A stretch of DNA of 64,000 nucleotides from Roseibacillus sp. GTDB taxonomy: Bacteria; Verrucomicrobiota; Verrucomicrobiia; Verrucomicrobiales; Akkermansiaceae. Each line of letters opens with the position of its first letter. Position 1 is the stretch's first letter. The notes beneath the pieces are model-generated. The model ran no database searches. It was not told the DNA's origin and saw only the letters and a program-made list of their open reading frames with translations. Below, one piece after another: positions 44,192 through 54,764 of this stretch. The stretch covers positions 160,001 through 224,000 of the forward strand of contig JBPOGI010000007.1 in assembly GCA_051251855.1 (NCBI GenBank), in the 5' to 3' direction. A program made the translations under genes and the position numbers.

Positions 44192-46732
44192 ATGCGCGCG
44201 CTCTTTCTTTGCCTTCTCACCGCCATTCCTGCAGTAGCGGAAAAGACTATCGACCTCGTCGAATACGGTCGCGAAGTCTTTCACACCGTCGGATGCGCCG
44301 AATGCCACTCCGAGACCAAAGACGACACCTCCATCAAAACCGGGCCAGGCCTCTACGCACTCTTACAAAAAGACGCACGTAAGCGAGACGTCCTCGCTGG
44401 AGGCGAACAACATCGCCAGACCATCAAAGCAGACCTCAAATACCTACAGCAGTCTCTTCGCAATCCTAATGCCGACCTCGCCATCGCCGAACAAGGACCC
44501 AGAAAAGGAGAAGCCTACCTTCCCGTCATGCCTCCTTATAACAAAGACTTCCTCTCCGACTTTAAGGTCAATGCTATCTACCAATACCTCCTCACACTCA
44601 ACGACGAAGAAAACCGAGGACCAGCCAAGCTCATCACCGAAGACAAATCAGGATCGGCCCTCACCAACGTCCTCGACGACCCCAACGAAATCCTCGTCAC
44701 CGACCGCACCCGCATTTATCGCACCCGCATCAAAGGTCAATCTGCCCGCGCCGTCTACGTCGGCACCCCCAGCGGATTCAACTACGCCTTCGACCCCGTA
44801 TCCCTCTCCATCGAGCGCATCTGGTGGGGCGGCTTCCTCAACATCGCCGGCAGCCTCGACGGACGCGGCCAAAAGCCCTCCCGACTTGGCCACAACGCCC
44901 TAGAAATCGAACTCCAAGCTCCCCTCATCGCCCCCATAGATCCTCAGACAGGCAAAGCTCTCGACCTCTCCTTCAAGTCACCACGCATGGACGACTTCGC
45001 CACCATTGGCAAGACCCTCAACAGTAACAAAGACTTTGCCGATCAACTCGCCCAAGCTGGAGGCTCTTTCCTCGGCTACGAACAAGCCGAAATCCCCACC
45101 TTCTTCTTCCGAGTGGGCAAGAACACCTTCCAGCTCCAATTCACCGTCGATGAAAGCGGGCAAGCCAAATTCAGCCTCAAGGGCAAACTCACCACTCCCC
45201 AAACCTTCCGGCTCGCGCCCCTCATTAAGGGAAAAAACCAAGACTGGACCATCTCCTCCCTGCCAGCCGAGCTCACTTTTCAAGTGCCGGTCAAACCCGC
45301 TTGGCAACCCACCGAAGCCCAACAAGCGCCCGCAGAACAACCTGTGCGCCTGACTCCCGCCAAATCTGTTAATCTCCCCTCAGGCTACCTCGCCGAACAA
45401 ATTGCCGCCCCCACAGACGTCAACGGGCGCGACCAAATGTTCGAACCCCTCGGAATGGTCAACGGAAAAGACGGCTCCCTCATCATCGCCACTCGTACCG
45501 CCGGCATCTGGAAACTTCACAACCAAAAGTGGACCCAAATCGCGGAAGGCTTTCAGGACTGCCTCGGAATTCTCGAAGAAGAAGACGGCTCCCTCATCAT
45601 CACTCAAAAACCCGAACTCACCCGCCTACGTGACCTTGACGGCGACGGGTGGTTTGACCGCTACGAAACCCTCAGCGAAGCCTTCCTCACCAGCTCCAAC
45701 TACCACGTATACCTCCACGGACCCGCAAAAGGCTCCGACGGCAACTACTACGTGGCCCTCAACCTCGCTCATCACAATAAAAAGGAAGCCATCTACAAAG
45801 CAGGTGGCAAATACATGGGCGCCGAAGGCGGCTATCGAGGCTGGGCCTTGCAAGTCACTCCAGATGGAAAGACCAACCCCTTCGCCAGCGGACTGCGTAG
45901 CCCCGCCGGACTCGCTACCGGTCCTGACGGCCAACTCTACTACACCGAAAACCAAGGCGAATACGTCGGAACCTCCAAACTCTTCTTGTTAGAGAAGGAC
46001 AAATTCTACGGCCACCCTTCCGGCCTCGTCGATCTCCCCAGCATGAACCCCGACTCCCGAAAAATCCGATGGGATCGAGTCAAAGACACCAAAGAAAAAG
46101 CCCTCGCCCTCATGCCTCATTCTCGGCTCGCAAACGCCCCCGGCAGCCCTGCTTGGAAGCCCGAAGCGCCGGCCAACGCAATGTGGGTCGGCGACCAAAC
46201 CCTCTCCACCCTTTTTCAAATCAAGATTAAACCCAATCACGAGGCAGTCCTTATCCCCTTCGCCGACGGCTTCCCCTCCGGAGTAATGCGCCTCGCATTC
46301 GCCGACGGCAATCAACTCTATGTCGGCCAAACTGGACGCGGCTGGCGCGCCAAAGGAGGAAGCGAACACGCCCTCGTTATCATCAAACGCACCTCCGACC
46401 CTCTTCCCAACGAATTGCAAGACATCACCCGCAAGGGAAGCCAATTCACCCTTCACTTCACCCAAGCTCTATACAAACAACCCACCCCAGAGCAAATCAC
46501 CCTCGAATCCTGGACCTACCTCGACTCACCCAACTACGGCTCCCCCGAGAACGACAAGACGACTCACAAAGTCACCTCCATTGAGCAAGGCTCAGACACC
46601 AAGACTCTCACCCTCACTATCGAGTCCATCCCCGAAGACGACAAAAACCGCGCCTTCCACTTCCTATCCAAAGACCTTCCCCCCACCAAAGGCGACCTTT
46701 GCGAAGCCTTCTTCTCCATCGTAGGTCAATAG
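44192..46732 (+). CDS. Secreted cytochrome c / sugar-dehydrogenase-like beta-propeller protein (PVC-type)
   Basis: Signal peptide, CAECH heme motif, DLDGDG, ASGLRSPAG, YTENQGE. Confidence 0.8.
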   Translation: MRALFLCLLTAIPAVAEKTIDLVEYGREVFHTVGCAECHSETKDDTSIKTGPGLYALLQKDARKRDVLAGGEQHRQTIKADLKYLQQSLRNPNADLAIAEQGPRKGEAYLPVMPPYNKDFLSDFKVNAIYQYLLTLNDEENRGPAKLITEDKSGSALTNVLDDPNEILVTDRTRIYRTRIKGQSARAVYVGTPSGFNYAFDPVSLSIERIWWGGFLNIAGSLDGRGQKPSRLGHNALEIELQAPLIAPIDPQTGKALDLSFKSPRMDDFATIGKTLNSNKDFADQLAQAGGSFLGYEQAEIPTFFFRVGKNTFQLQFTVDESGQAKFSLKGKLTTPQTFRLAPLIKGKNQDWTISSLPAELTFQVPVKPAWQPTEAQQAPAEQPVRLTPAKSVNLPSGYLAEQIAAPTDVNGRDQMFEPLGMVNGKDGSLIIATRTAGIWKLHNQKWTQIAEGFQDCLGILEEEDGSLIITQKPELTRLRDLDGDGWFDRYETLSEAFLTSSNYHVYLHGPAKGSDGNYYVALNLAHHNKKEAIYKAGGKYMGAEGGYRGWALQVTPDGKTNPFASGLRSPAGLATGPDGQLYYTENQGEYVGTSKLFLLEKDKFYGHPSGLVDLPSMNPDSRKIRWDRVKDTKEKALALMPHSRLANAPGSPAWKPEAPANAMWVGDQTLSTLFQIKIKPNHEAVLIPFADGFPSGVMRLAFADGNQLYVGQTGRGWRAKGGSEHALVIIKRTSDPLPNELQDITRKGSQFTLHFTQALYKQPTPEQITLESWTYLDSPNYGSPENDKTTHKVTSIEQGSDTKTLTLTIESIPEDDKNRAFHFLSKDLPPTKGDLCEAFFSIVGQ

Positions 46733-46787
46733 CAGCCCATCTAGCACACCAACCTCCCTTCTTATTCAGCTAGGCAGAGAAATGGGT

Positions 46788-46928
46788 GAGCGGTCTTTTC
46801 AAGCCGCCACCCTATCACCCAGAAAGTTAAGGGTAGGCCTGCTCTCCTCAAAATCAGCTATTTCTGTGGTGATTCGTTCATTTTCCTCGAAACAGAATCC
46901 TCACTCTGCGGCTTAAAAAGCCACGCTC
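46788..46928. repeat. REP/MITE-like inverted repeat pair
   Basis: GAGCGGTCTTTTCAAGCCGC (46788-46807) and GCGGCTTAAAAAGCCACGCTC (46908-46928) are near reverse complements. Confidence 0.55.
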
Positions 46929-47006
46929 CTATTTCAAGGCCCAAGTCTAACGGCTCCTTATCATTCTAGCTCTGGCGAACGACACTCACAGTTCGGGACA
47001 TATCAG

Positions 47007-49424
47007 CTACCAAACCTTCTCGTCCCGCTCGTCGAAGGGCAACCAGATCAATGAGACCGAGATGACCTCAATGTCTTTTTTATAAGGCTTCACCGACTCC
47101 TTCTCGAACTTCATGTGTAGTGGGTCAAAGTCTTTCTCCAGCTCCTTAACTTCTTCCTTCAGCTCCGCTTCCAGAAGCTCAACCTCCTCTTCGAGGCCGT
47201 CCACTTTACGCTCCGCCACCTTCACATCGGCACGCTGCTGATAGGCCCGAGACGCTGAAGTCACCGTACTGCTCCTCGACTTCCTCCCACCAAGCAAGGC
47301 TCCTAAAATACCTCCCACAATCTTGGCACCCGTCTGCATGGTCGCGGAGTGCGCTTGCGCTTTCTCCTTATCCAATGCCAACTCCGCCCGCTCAAGCTGT
47401 CCCTCTTTCGTCTTCAACTTCTTCTCATACTTATCACGTAGCTTTTCGACCGCTTCGTCACGCGCTTCCCGAGCCTTTAGCTGAAGCCGTGCTCGAAAGT
47501 CCCCTTCCCCCTCGCCCATCTGGGAATACTCATCGAGCTCATCACAGAAAAACAGCTCCACCCGCTCATTGCGATAGAGCCAATCCTCGAACTCGTCCTC
47601 CACCGGTTTGTAATTATCCGCGTTCATCGCAAAACCAGGGAGATTAGCAAATCCAGCTCCCTTGCGAGGCTCAGACTTCAAACTCTTCAAGGGCACCGTG
47701 CAGCCGCAGTCTTCCTCCCAATCAATTCCCTGCTCCTCGATCGGATTCACAAAGCGAATCAAGCGCGAGCCCTCCATCTTCGCCTTGCTCGATGAAAAGT
47801 GAACCTCCGCCTCCCGCAACAAAGCCGGGCGATACTCCACCCCATCTCCCTCACCGGCAAAGGGCACAAAGTGCTCCTTCACTCCCTTGCCCACGAGAGG
47901 ACGCTCGCCCTTGGGAGCTTCTGGTGCCGCCGCTTGACTCATCGCCATCGGATTGGCGCTCGCAACGACCTTCTGGGTCTTGGCGCCCTCAAAGAGACTT
48001 CGCTTGGGGTCCATCAAAGTCTTAATCTGACGGCGCGTGAGCGGCCCTCGCAGATAACTCATCACCCAACGCACATGAAACACCGTCGGCGCTCCGTCGT
48101 GGACATTGTTCATCAAAAAGACCCTCCCCTTCAGCCCCGAAAGCAACTCACTCACCCTCGAACGGTCAAAGTTCCCTCCCCCCTCATTCATAGCCCCCTC
48201 CAAACCATCCAATACACGCATCTTATCGCGCTCGGTTTGCAACCGACCCAACCACCATGTTCCGATGTTAGACAACGCTTTGTAATCGAGGTCCACCGGG
48301 TTCTGGGTCGCCACCAAGACTCCCAGACCAAAAGCACGCGCCTGCTTCAGCATGGTCATCAAAGGCTTCTTACTGGGTGGATTAGAGACCGGCGGCAAGT
48401 AGCCATAAATCTCATCAATATAAAGCATCGCCCGCAAGCTCGTCGTTCCACTCTGCGCCCGCATCCAACCCAACATCTGATTGAGCAACAACGAGACAAA
48501 GAACATCCGCTCTGTATCACTCAAATGTGCAATCGAGAAAATCGAGACCCGCGCCTTGCCCTCCGGAGTATACATCATGCGCTGAATATCCAACGGAGGC
48601 CCCTCCAACCAAGTCGAGAACCCAGGGCTTGCTAACAAGTTATTAAACTTAAGAGCCAACTTCTGTCGGTCCTTTTCCCCATAAAAACTCTCCACATCAA
48701 TGACTCCAACTTTCCCAAATTGCGGCCGCTGAATATTCCGAATCAACCCCTCTAACGAGAGGCTCTCCTCATTCCTCCAACAATGCTGAAAAATCGCGCC
48801 CAACAAAACCGCTTCCGGACTCTGAATCGGATCCGCATCCACTCCCACCAGGGACAACAATGAAGACACCGTGCTCTCGATGCGCTCCCCTAACAACTCA
48901 CCATCATCCATGACCTCAAAAGGAGGCACGTCCAACGAGCTCAAAATTGAAACAGGAATGCCCGCCTTACTCCCCGGCGTAAAGACATTGATATCCACCT
49001 TATCCCGCATCTGCTGCACCCGCTCCCCGCTCTGCCCCCATTCCGCGATGCCATTCTTCCACATCTCCGCAACCCCGGAAGCAAACTCCGGAACGGTCTT
49101 CCCCTTCTTGCGTGCATCATCCTCATTCACCCAAGGCTCGTAGTCCGAACCCTGAAAATTCGGGAAAGTCAGCATCAAGTTCGGAATATCACCCTTTGGA
49201 TCAATCACGATGGCCGGAATATTATCCATCGCCGCCTCTTCCAGCAACCCGATGCAAAGCCCGGTCTTACCCGACCCCGTCATTCCCAGGACCGCCCCGT
49301 GAGTCACCAAGTCCTTGGAGTCATAGAGAGTGAGATTGTCCTCCAACTCTCCCTTCGCGAGGTCATATCCTCGTCCAAGGTAAAACTTCCCCAACTTCTC
49401 GTAATCCGAAACAGCAATATCCAT
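47007..49424 (-). CDS. HerA/FtsK-like ATPase (DUF87-type) with C-terminal coiled coil
   Basis: GMTGSGKT, IDPKGD, YIDEIYG, KQARAFG, ATQNPVD. Confidence 0.85.
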   Translation of the reverse strand: MDIAVSDYEKLGKFYLGRGYDLAKGELEDNLTLYDSKDLVTHGAVLGMTGSGKTGLCIGLLEEAAMDNIPAIVIDPKGDIPNLMLTFPNFQGSDYEPWVNEDDARKKGKTVPEFASGVAEMWKNGIAEWGQSGERVQQMRDKVDINVFTPGSKAGIPVSILSSLDVPPFEVMDDGELLGERIESTVSSLLSLVGVDADPIQSPEAVLLGAIFQHCWRNEESLSLEGLIRNIQRPQFGKVGVIDVESFYGEKDRQKLALKFNNLLASPGFSTWLEGPPLDIQRMMYTPEGKARVSIFSIAHLSDTERMFFVSLLLNQMLGWMRAQSGTTSLRAMLYIDEIYGYLPPVSNPPSKKPLMTMLKQARAFGLGVLVATQNPVDLDYKALSNIGTWWLGRLQTERDKMRVLDGLEGAMNEGGGNFDRSRVSELLSGLKGRVFLMNNVHDGAPTVFHVRWVMSYLRGPLTRRQIKTLMDPKRSLFEGAKTQKVVASANPMAMSQAAAPEAPKGERPLVGKGVKEHFVPFAGEGDGVEYRPALLREAEVHFSSSKAKMEGSRLIRFVNPIEEQGIDWEEDCGCTVPLKSLKSEPRKGAGFANLPGFAMNADNYKPVEDEFEDWLYRNERVELFFCDELDEYSQMGEGEGDFRARLQLKAREARDEAVEKLRDKYEKKLKTKEGQLERAELALDKEKAQAHSATMQTGAKIVGGILGALLGGRKSRSSTVTSASRAYQQRADVKVAERKVDGLEEEVELLEAELKEEVKELEKDFDPLHMKFEKESVKPYKKDIEVISVSLIWLPFDERDEKVW

Positions 49425-49584
49425 TCCCTAGGCTGTCGCGAAATCGCCAAAAGAGAAACCAAAAATCGTGAATGCTTCTGCCCCCCGCCTCCCAGAATTT
49501 CGAATAGCCCTTCACTAATCCGAAATACCGCAGCCTTTCAAAAGGACCCTTTTTCTGTTAGTTTCATTGGAACAACAATCACCT

Positions 49585-52329
49585 ATGAAAGCGCTCTTCT
49601 CTCTTCTCGTTGGCCTTTCCAGCCTTCCGCTCATTGCCCAAGAATGCCTCGACTTTGAGGACTTCTCTCTAGGGAGCGCCTTAAGCGGCAGCTCAGAAAC
49701 CATTTCCTTCAGCACCACCTTTCTAGCTCAGCCCGTCTCCCTACCGGGCGGAGGAACGACCAGCGGAGGAAGTGTTTCGGTCGGCAACGCCATTGCGGCT
49801 CTCGGTTCCGGCCAGGCGCTTAATGTGAACAATGCCGCGATCGAAATCTGTCTTCCTGGTCTCAAGGAGGTTTCCTTCCGCTTCAGCAATCAGGGGGGAT
49901 ACTTCAACTTCTCAATCGATGGCTCTCCCGTTGCGATTCCCGCCAACGAGACTGGCTCCCTCTCGCTCAATGGCGTCGACATTACCATCACAGGTTCGAA
50001 ACCTAACAACCGACTCACTGGGGAAATTACCCTCGTCGCACAAAGCGGAACCTTTGGTTGTTTTTCAGTCGGAGGCCAAGAACTCCAGATCGATGACATC
50101 TGCTTCCTCACGTGCGAGAATCCACAAAGTCCCGACAGTGCGGTCCCCGGCATCAGTTGCGTCGAATTCGAAAGCCTCGACAAACAAGGACCATACCCCT
50201 TCGGCAGTAGCTATCTCGAAAACGGAATCCTCTTCAAGGTCAAGGACCACGACGGTCAATTCAACAGCGCCAAATCCTCCACCCAACACCTCGCCGGTCA
50301 CCTCGGGTTAGAATGGCAATTTGACCATGCTGGCTTCACGGTCGATTCCGATTGTTGGAGCGGTATCAAATTCAATTTCTACACCAAGGATCCCGTGATT
50401 ATGGTCGTGAACGGGGTCATGGTCACCGGAGCTAATCTCACCAGCTTGCACAACACCTTATTCGGCGACGTTCTCCTCACTATCATTGACGATCCCGATA
50501 TCTCGGGGGGCGGTATCGCTTGCCTCACTGGCCGCATCGAGTCTCTTGAACTCACCGGTGAAGACCTCTATCTCGATCACTTTTGTGCCGCCGATTGTTT
50601 GCGCGATTGCATCGACTTTGAGGGCGAGAGCAGCGGCCAAAAATACCTCAAAGATGATACCATCACCGAAGATGGTTTCGTCCTCGAAATTCTCGATCCC
50701 CTCGGCAACGGTGAACCTGCTCAAATCTCTACTCAAAATCTGGCTGGTGGCGGAGGAAAAGAATTGGTCCTCGTCGAAGGCGAAATTTCCTTCGGCAAAT
50801 ACTGTTTCCAAGGTCTCACTTTTCAATACGGCCAGTTCGACGACGGCATCCGTCTCATCGTGGACGAGAGCGAAGTCGAAGTGACCGACATCAGTGATTT
50901 GGACGGCCTCACCGTAGGCGGCATGACCATCGAAGTCTTTGTAGTGCAAAGCAATGGAGGCAACGAACGTGGCGTCGTTCGGATGACCGGAGCCGCCTCC
51001 AAGATTTTCCTACTCGCCAACGGAGTCGCCATTGACCGCGTTTGCATCGACGAGTGCCCTGACCCGCTGGTCGTTGCGTTCGACGAAGAGCCTCTCGATG
51101 AAGTCTTTGAAGAAGGCGACACTTTCGGAGAGGACGTTCTTGAATTCGAAGTTTGCCCCCTTCGCATCAATGACGTCGGAACCGCGACCATCACAGGCGA
51201 CAACCAAACCGGCGGCACAGGCCAAGCAGTGGCCCTCAGTTTTGCCACCCTCAAGTTCGACCTCCTCTGCGCCTCTCAGCTCAGTTTTCAATTCGCCAAC
51301 TTTGGAGCCAACGGTGGACCGCAAGGCTTTGGGGTCGACGTCCGCCTCAATATCAACGGCGACAGCTCCGGTCTTGTGCAGGGGTTCCCTGAACTTCATG
51401 GTGACACCATCGGTGGTGCCTCCATCATTGTGACTGGAACCGCGAGCTCCGGTCGCGTCACCATTACCGGAAACATCGAGAGCATTATCGTCGGCGGCTT
51501 CAATATCCAGCTCGACAACATTATCCAGACTCCCTTCCAGGGTGGCCCGCAGTGCCACGACTTTAACACTTGGAACCCGTCTCTCACCTACGGCCTTTTC
51601 GAAGAAAACTTCGTCACTTTAACCGATGGCACGGGTGCGTTTTTCAACTCGTTCATCGACTTGAACAGCAACTTTATAGATGGAACCGCGACCATCACCA
51701 ATACTCAGACTGCCGGAGGAAGTGGCCGCGAATTGACTCTCAACGGCGCGGTGATGTCAATTGCCCCCCTCCTCGGCGACTGGGCTGATGTCTCCTTCCG
51801 CTTCCGTGAAGCTGGTTCGGCAGCCACCCGCGAAGTCTCGCTCTACGTCAACGGAGAGGAAGAGATTTTCGCTCGCATTGACGACCTTGATGGACACGTC
51901 TTCCGAGCCGGCACCAGCCTCGAGGTCACCGCGCGCGTCTTGAGTGTAGAAGAAAACGGACGCCTCCTGGGCATCGTCAAACTTGAGGGAATTCTCGACA
52001 GCATCTACATCGGTGGCGAAGCCCTCACCATCGACGACCTCTGCGGAACGCAACAACCCGCCCCCGTTTATATCGATAGCTGGGTGGTCAGTGTGGAAGA
52101 AACTTCTCCTAACATCATCACTTATGTCTGGGACATCGAAGCCCTCAATGTTCAGACATCAGACTTTCTCATCCGAAGGAACGACGACCTTGGCACCTTT
52201 GGCCCCTTTTCCGGTAGCCAGCGAACGGTGACCAGCCACGGTGCCGGAACAAATCTTTACCGCATCACTGAGACCCAACCCATCGATACCGCGAAGCGAT
52301 TTTACCGCGTTGCGTTGAGAGCCTTTTAA
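49585..52329 (+). CDS. Secreted protein with five tandem beta-sandwich-like repeats
   Basis: Signal MKALFSLLVGLSSLPLIAQ; repeated C.DFE...GG.EL.IDD.C modules. Confidence 0.8.
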   Translation: MKALFSLLVGLSSLPLIAQECLDFEDFSLGSALSGSSETISFSTTFLAQPVSLPGGGTTSGGSVSVGNAIAALGSGQALNVNNAAIEICLPGLKEVSFRFSNQGGYFNFSIDGSPVAIPANETGSLSLNGVDITITGSKPNNRLTGEITLVAQSGTFGCFSVGGQELQIDDICFLTCENPQSPDSAVPGISCVEFESLDKQGPYPFGSSYLENGILFKVKDHDGQFNSAKSSTQHLAGHLGLEWQFDHAGFTVDSDCWSGIKFNFYTKDPVIMVVNGVMVTGANLTSLHNTLFGDVLLTIIDDPDISGGGIACLTGRIESLELTGEDLYLDHFCAADCLRDCIDFEGESSGQKYLKDDTITEDGFVLEILDPLGNGEPAQISTQNLAGGGGKELVLVEGEISFGKYCFQGLTFQYGQFDDGIRLIVDESEVEVTDISDLDGLTVGGMTIEVFVVQSNGGNERGVVRMTGAASKIFLLANGVAIDRVCIDECPDPLVVAFDEEPLDEVFEEGDTFGEDVLEFEVCPLRINDVGTATITGDNQTGGTGQAVALSFATLKFDLLCASQLSFQFANFGANGGPQGFGVDVRLNINGDSSGLVQGFPELHGDTIGGASIIVTGTASSGRVTITGNIESIIVGGFNIQLDNIIQTPFQGGPQCHDFNTWNPSLTYGLFEENFVTLTDGTGAFFNSFIDLNSNFIDGTATITNTQTAGGSGRELTLNGAVMSIAPLLGDWADVSFRFREAGSAATREVSLYVNGEEEIFARIDDLDGHVFRAGTSLEVTARVLSVEENGRLLGIVKLEGILDSIYIGGEALTIDDLCGTQQPAPVYIDSWVVSVEETSPNIITYVWDIEALNVQTSDFLIRRNDDLGTFGPFSGSQRTVTSHGAGTNLYRITETQPIDTAKRFYRVALRAF

Positions 52330-52355
52330 GGAAAAACACTCCTCCAGCCCTGAAT

Positions 52356-53030
52356 TCAATCAGCCTCCGAGGCCTCGCCCTCACCCATGAGTGAACCCGC
52401 TTTGTCTTGGAGGCGTTGGAACAGATCGCTCGATTTCTGAGCCGCCTTTTCCTTCAGTTCCTCCTTCATCTTCTCTAGGCGACGAGATTTGAGAGCAATC
52501 TTCTGATCCTTTTTCGTCAACTCAACCTGTATGGGCTCATACCGTTCGTCAGTCACGACCAATTCGTCCCATCGATAGGTCAGGTAATTCTCCGGGCCCA
52601 CCATGGCTTTACTACGGCCAGAGTCCGACCGGAGCTCATACTTAACCGACCATGCTGGAATCAACGAATCCGAGAGAAAACGGAGACGAGCCTTGAAGAA
52701 GGTTTCATGAACAATGAACCCTCCAACAACCACAGCCATCAGTCCATAACCTATCAACCGCGCTGCAAAGTTTTCACGATGAAACTTCTTATGAGCTGCC
52801 CTTAAAGTTGGGCGCTCCCTTTTCTTACCGAACAAGGTCAAAAGCCCCCAGACCAACATCTCTACTAAAAGAACAACGAACTCTATCGCTACAATCAGGA
52901 GTTCCAAAATGACCGCAACAAAGTCGACTAAGAGAATAGGGAGCGCTTCGATTCCGTCCACGGTCTGAATTTGCTTCTCCAAACGACTCAAGTGAAGTCT
53001 CAAATTCGCATCAGACGAGGAAGGAAACAA
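52356..53030 (-). CDS. Hypothetical membrane protein
   Basis: Two hydrophobic segments; start uncertain. Confidence 0.6.
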   Translation of the reverse strand: MFPSSSDANLRLHLSRLEKQIQTVDGIEALPILLVDFVAVILELLIVAIEFVVLLVEMLVWGLLTLFGKKRERPTLRAAHKKFHRENFAARLIGYGLMAVVVGGFIVHETFFKARLRFLSDSLIPAWSVKYELRSDSGRSKAMVGPENYLTYRWDELVVTDERYEPIQVELTKKDQKIALKSRRLEKMKEELKEKAAQKSSDLFQRLQDKAGSLMGEGEASEAD

Positions 53031-53095
53031 AGCTCATGGCTAAGGAAGCGCTCACATCAGGACCGTCAACCTTCACGTGAGTGCACCACCAGCTT

Positions 53096-54580
53096 CTAGA
53101 GACCCAACTGCAGCTGATAGAAGAGTCGAGGCTCGCTGGGGTCAAAGGCACCCAACTCTCTCCGAGTGATCCCGTATCGAGGATAACTATACGGTCCATA
53201 TTCGTTATCCGAGGAAGTCATCGGTAAGGAAGCCTTCTCGCGCACTCGGAACTGAGTCACGCTTCCTTTCAGGGCATAAAGCACCACCATACCGTCCTCA
53301 ATGCGCAGCTCAGGAATATCAGGAAGCGAGGGAATCACGGTCAATTCGGCATCCTCATCCCATATCGCCACATCATTCGAAATCCCCTTAGATAGCTCCC
53401 ATCCTCGCGAAAACCCACCGCCGACGAAAACTCGATCATTACCATCGATTCCGATACAATTGACGATTTGCGAACCAGTGGAGCCCAGTCCCGATCCCAT
53501 CGACTTCCAAGAACCGCTATCATTCCAATACGCAACATGATTCGCATCGCCCACTGCTCCGCCAACGGTCGTCTGAATATCGCCCCCGACATAAACCTTC
53601 CCCGTAGAATCAATTTCTAAATCATAGACGCCATCCGCCACGAAAGTGAGACCATTCGATTGCTCGTAGTCTGGTCCAAAACCGCCGTCCAACCCATCCC
53701 ATGTCCCTGTCAAAGGGTCGTAAGCCGCCACATCCCCAGCAGCCAGATTCGATGCTCCCACGGTGCTGAAACTGCCTCCCACAAAAATCCGTCCATCAGG
53801 ATGTCTTGCCATCGTGCGAATGACTCCCGATCCCCCGATATCCACCCCTCCCGCATAGGTGCTCCAAGCTGAACCATCCCAACGCTTAAAGCCATCCGCA
53901 GTCCGAGTCGCTGCCAATAAGTCCCCGTTGGGAAGAATCAACAAGTCATCCACAATCCCGCCAGTGCCAGTTCCGATGGCCTCCCAGGTCCCGGTGCTCA
54001 CACTATTCCCCGCCCCCAATTCGTAGCGCAAAATGTAGCGCTCATTCGTGGGGTTCGCTCCATTGGTGAAATTGCCTCCGACATAAATGTAATTGGCATC
54101 GCTCGCGATAGCCAACACTCGGCCATCCACAGGACCATTGTCCCAATCGTCATTCGCTAGATTCGAGCTCGGATCAAAGAGAGCTTCCCAAGTATTGTTC
54201 GTGGGATTGAATCTTACAATTCGCCGCGCCTCCGTTTCAGCAGGGAAAGCAAAGTTCCCCCCAAAGAAAATGAAGCCATTCGCATCTTCATAAATCTCAT
54301 CAACCCGACCACCAATATCCTGAAAGACATTGGGCACATCGAGTCCCGGCACATTCTCCCACTGCTCGGTCGCATAATTGTAGCGAGTCAAATCCTCTTC
54401 ATTCGCATTTCCCCCGGCCGAAATCAAAAGCCCTCCCATATAGAGATGAGTATCGGTGCTCAGCATCGCAAAAGGCTCTCCTCGATGATCGGTTTCATCA
54501 TAGAACCAATGCTGGTCATCAGCAACTTGGGCAGACAGAGAAGTCACAAGCGAGGCCGTGAAGATAAGAGACAATTTCAT
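53096..54580 (-). CDS. Secreted beta-propeller protein (kelch/galactose-oxidase-like blades)
   Basis: Signal MKLSLIFTASLVTSLSA; repeated (I/V)YVGG.F and W..(L/I/M)G.G blades. Confidence 0.8.
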   Translation of the reverse strand: MKLSLIFTASLVTSLSAQVADDQHWFYDETDHRGEPFAMLSTDTHLYMGGLLISAGGNANEEDLTRYNYATEQWENVPGLDVPNVFQDIGGRVDEIYEDANGFIFFGGNFAFPAETEARRIVRFNPTNNTWEALFDPSSNLANDDWDNGPVDGRVLAIASDANYIYVGGNFTNGANPTNERYILRYELGAGNSVSTGTWEAIGTGTGGIVDDLLILPNGDLLAATRTADGFKRWDGSAWSTYAGGVDIGGSGVIRTMARHPDGRIFVGGSFSTVGASNLAAGDVAAYDPLTGTWDGLDGGFGPDYEQSNGLTFVADGVYDLEIDSTGKVYVGGDIQTTVGGAVGDANHVAYWNDSGSWKSMGSGLGSTGSQIVNCIGIDGNDRVFVGGGFSRGWELSKGISNDVAIWDEDAELTVIPSLPDIPELRIEDGMVVLYALKGSVTQFRVREKASLPMTSSDNEYGPYSYPRYGITRRELGAFDPSEPRLFYQLQLGL

Positions 54581-54764
54581 AAAATAGAGCGGTTGTTGTA
54601 AAAAGAAGCTGCAAAAGACAGCTTCCTCATCCTCTACTAGCGAAGTTTCCACCCTAAAATTACAGAAAAAGTTCGGATTTTTTCCTAACCATCCGCGAAC
54701 GAAGTCGAAATGAACAAACAAAACCTTTGCGCTCGTCGCACTCTTTGAGGTGAATAAACACTCG

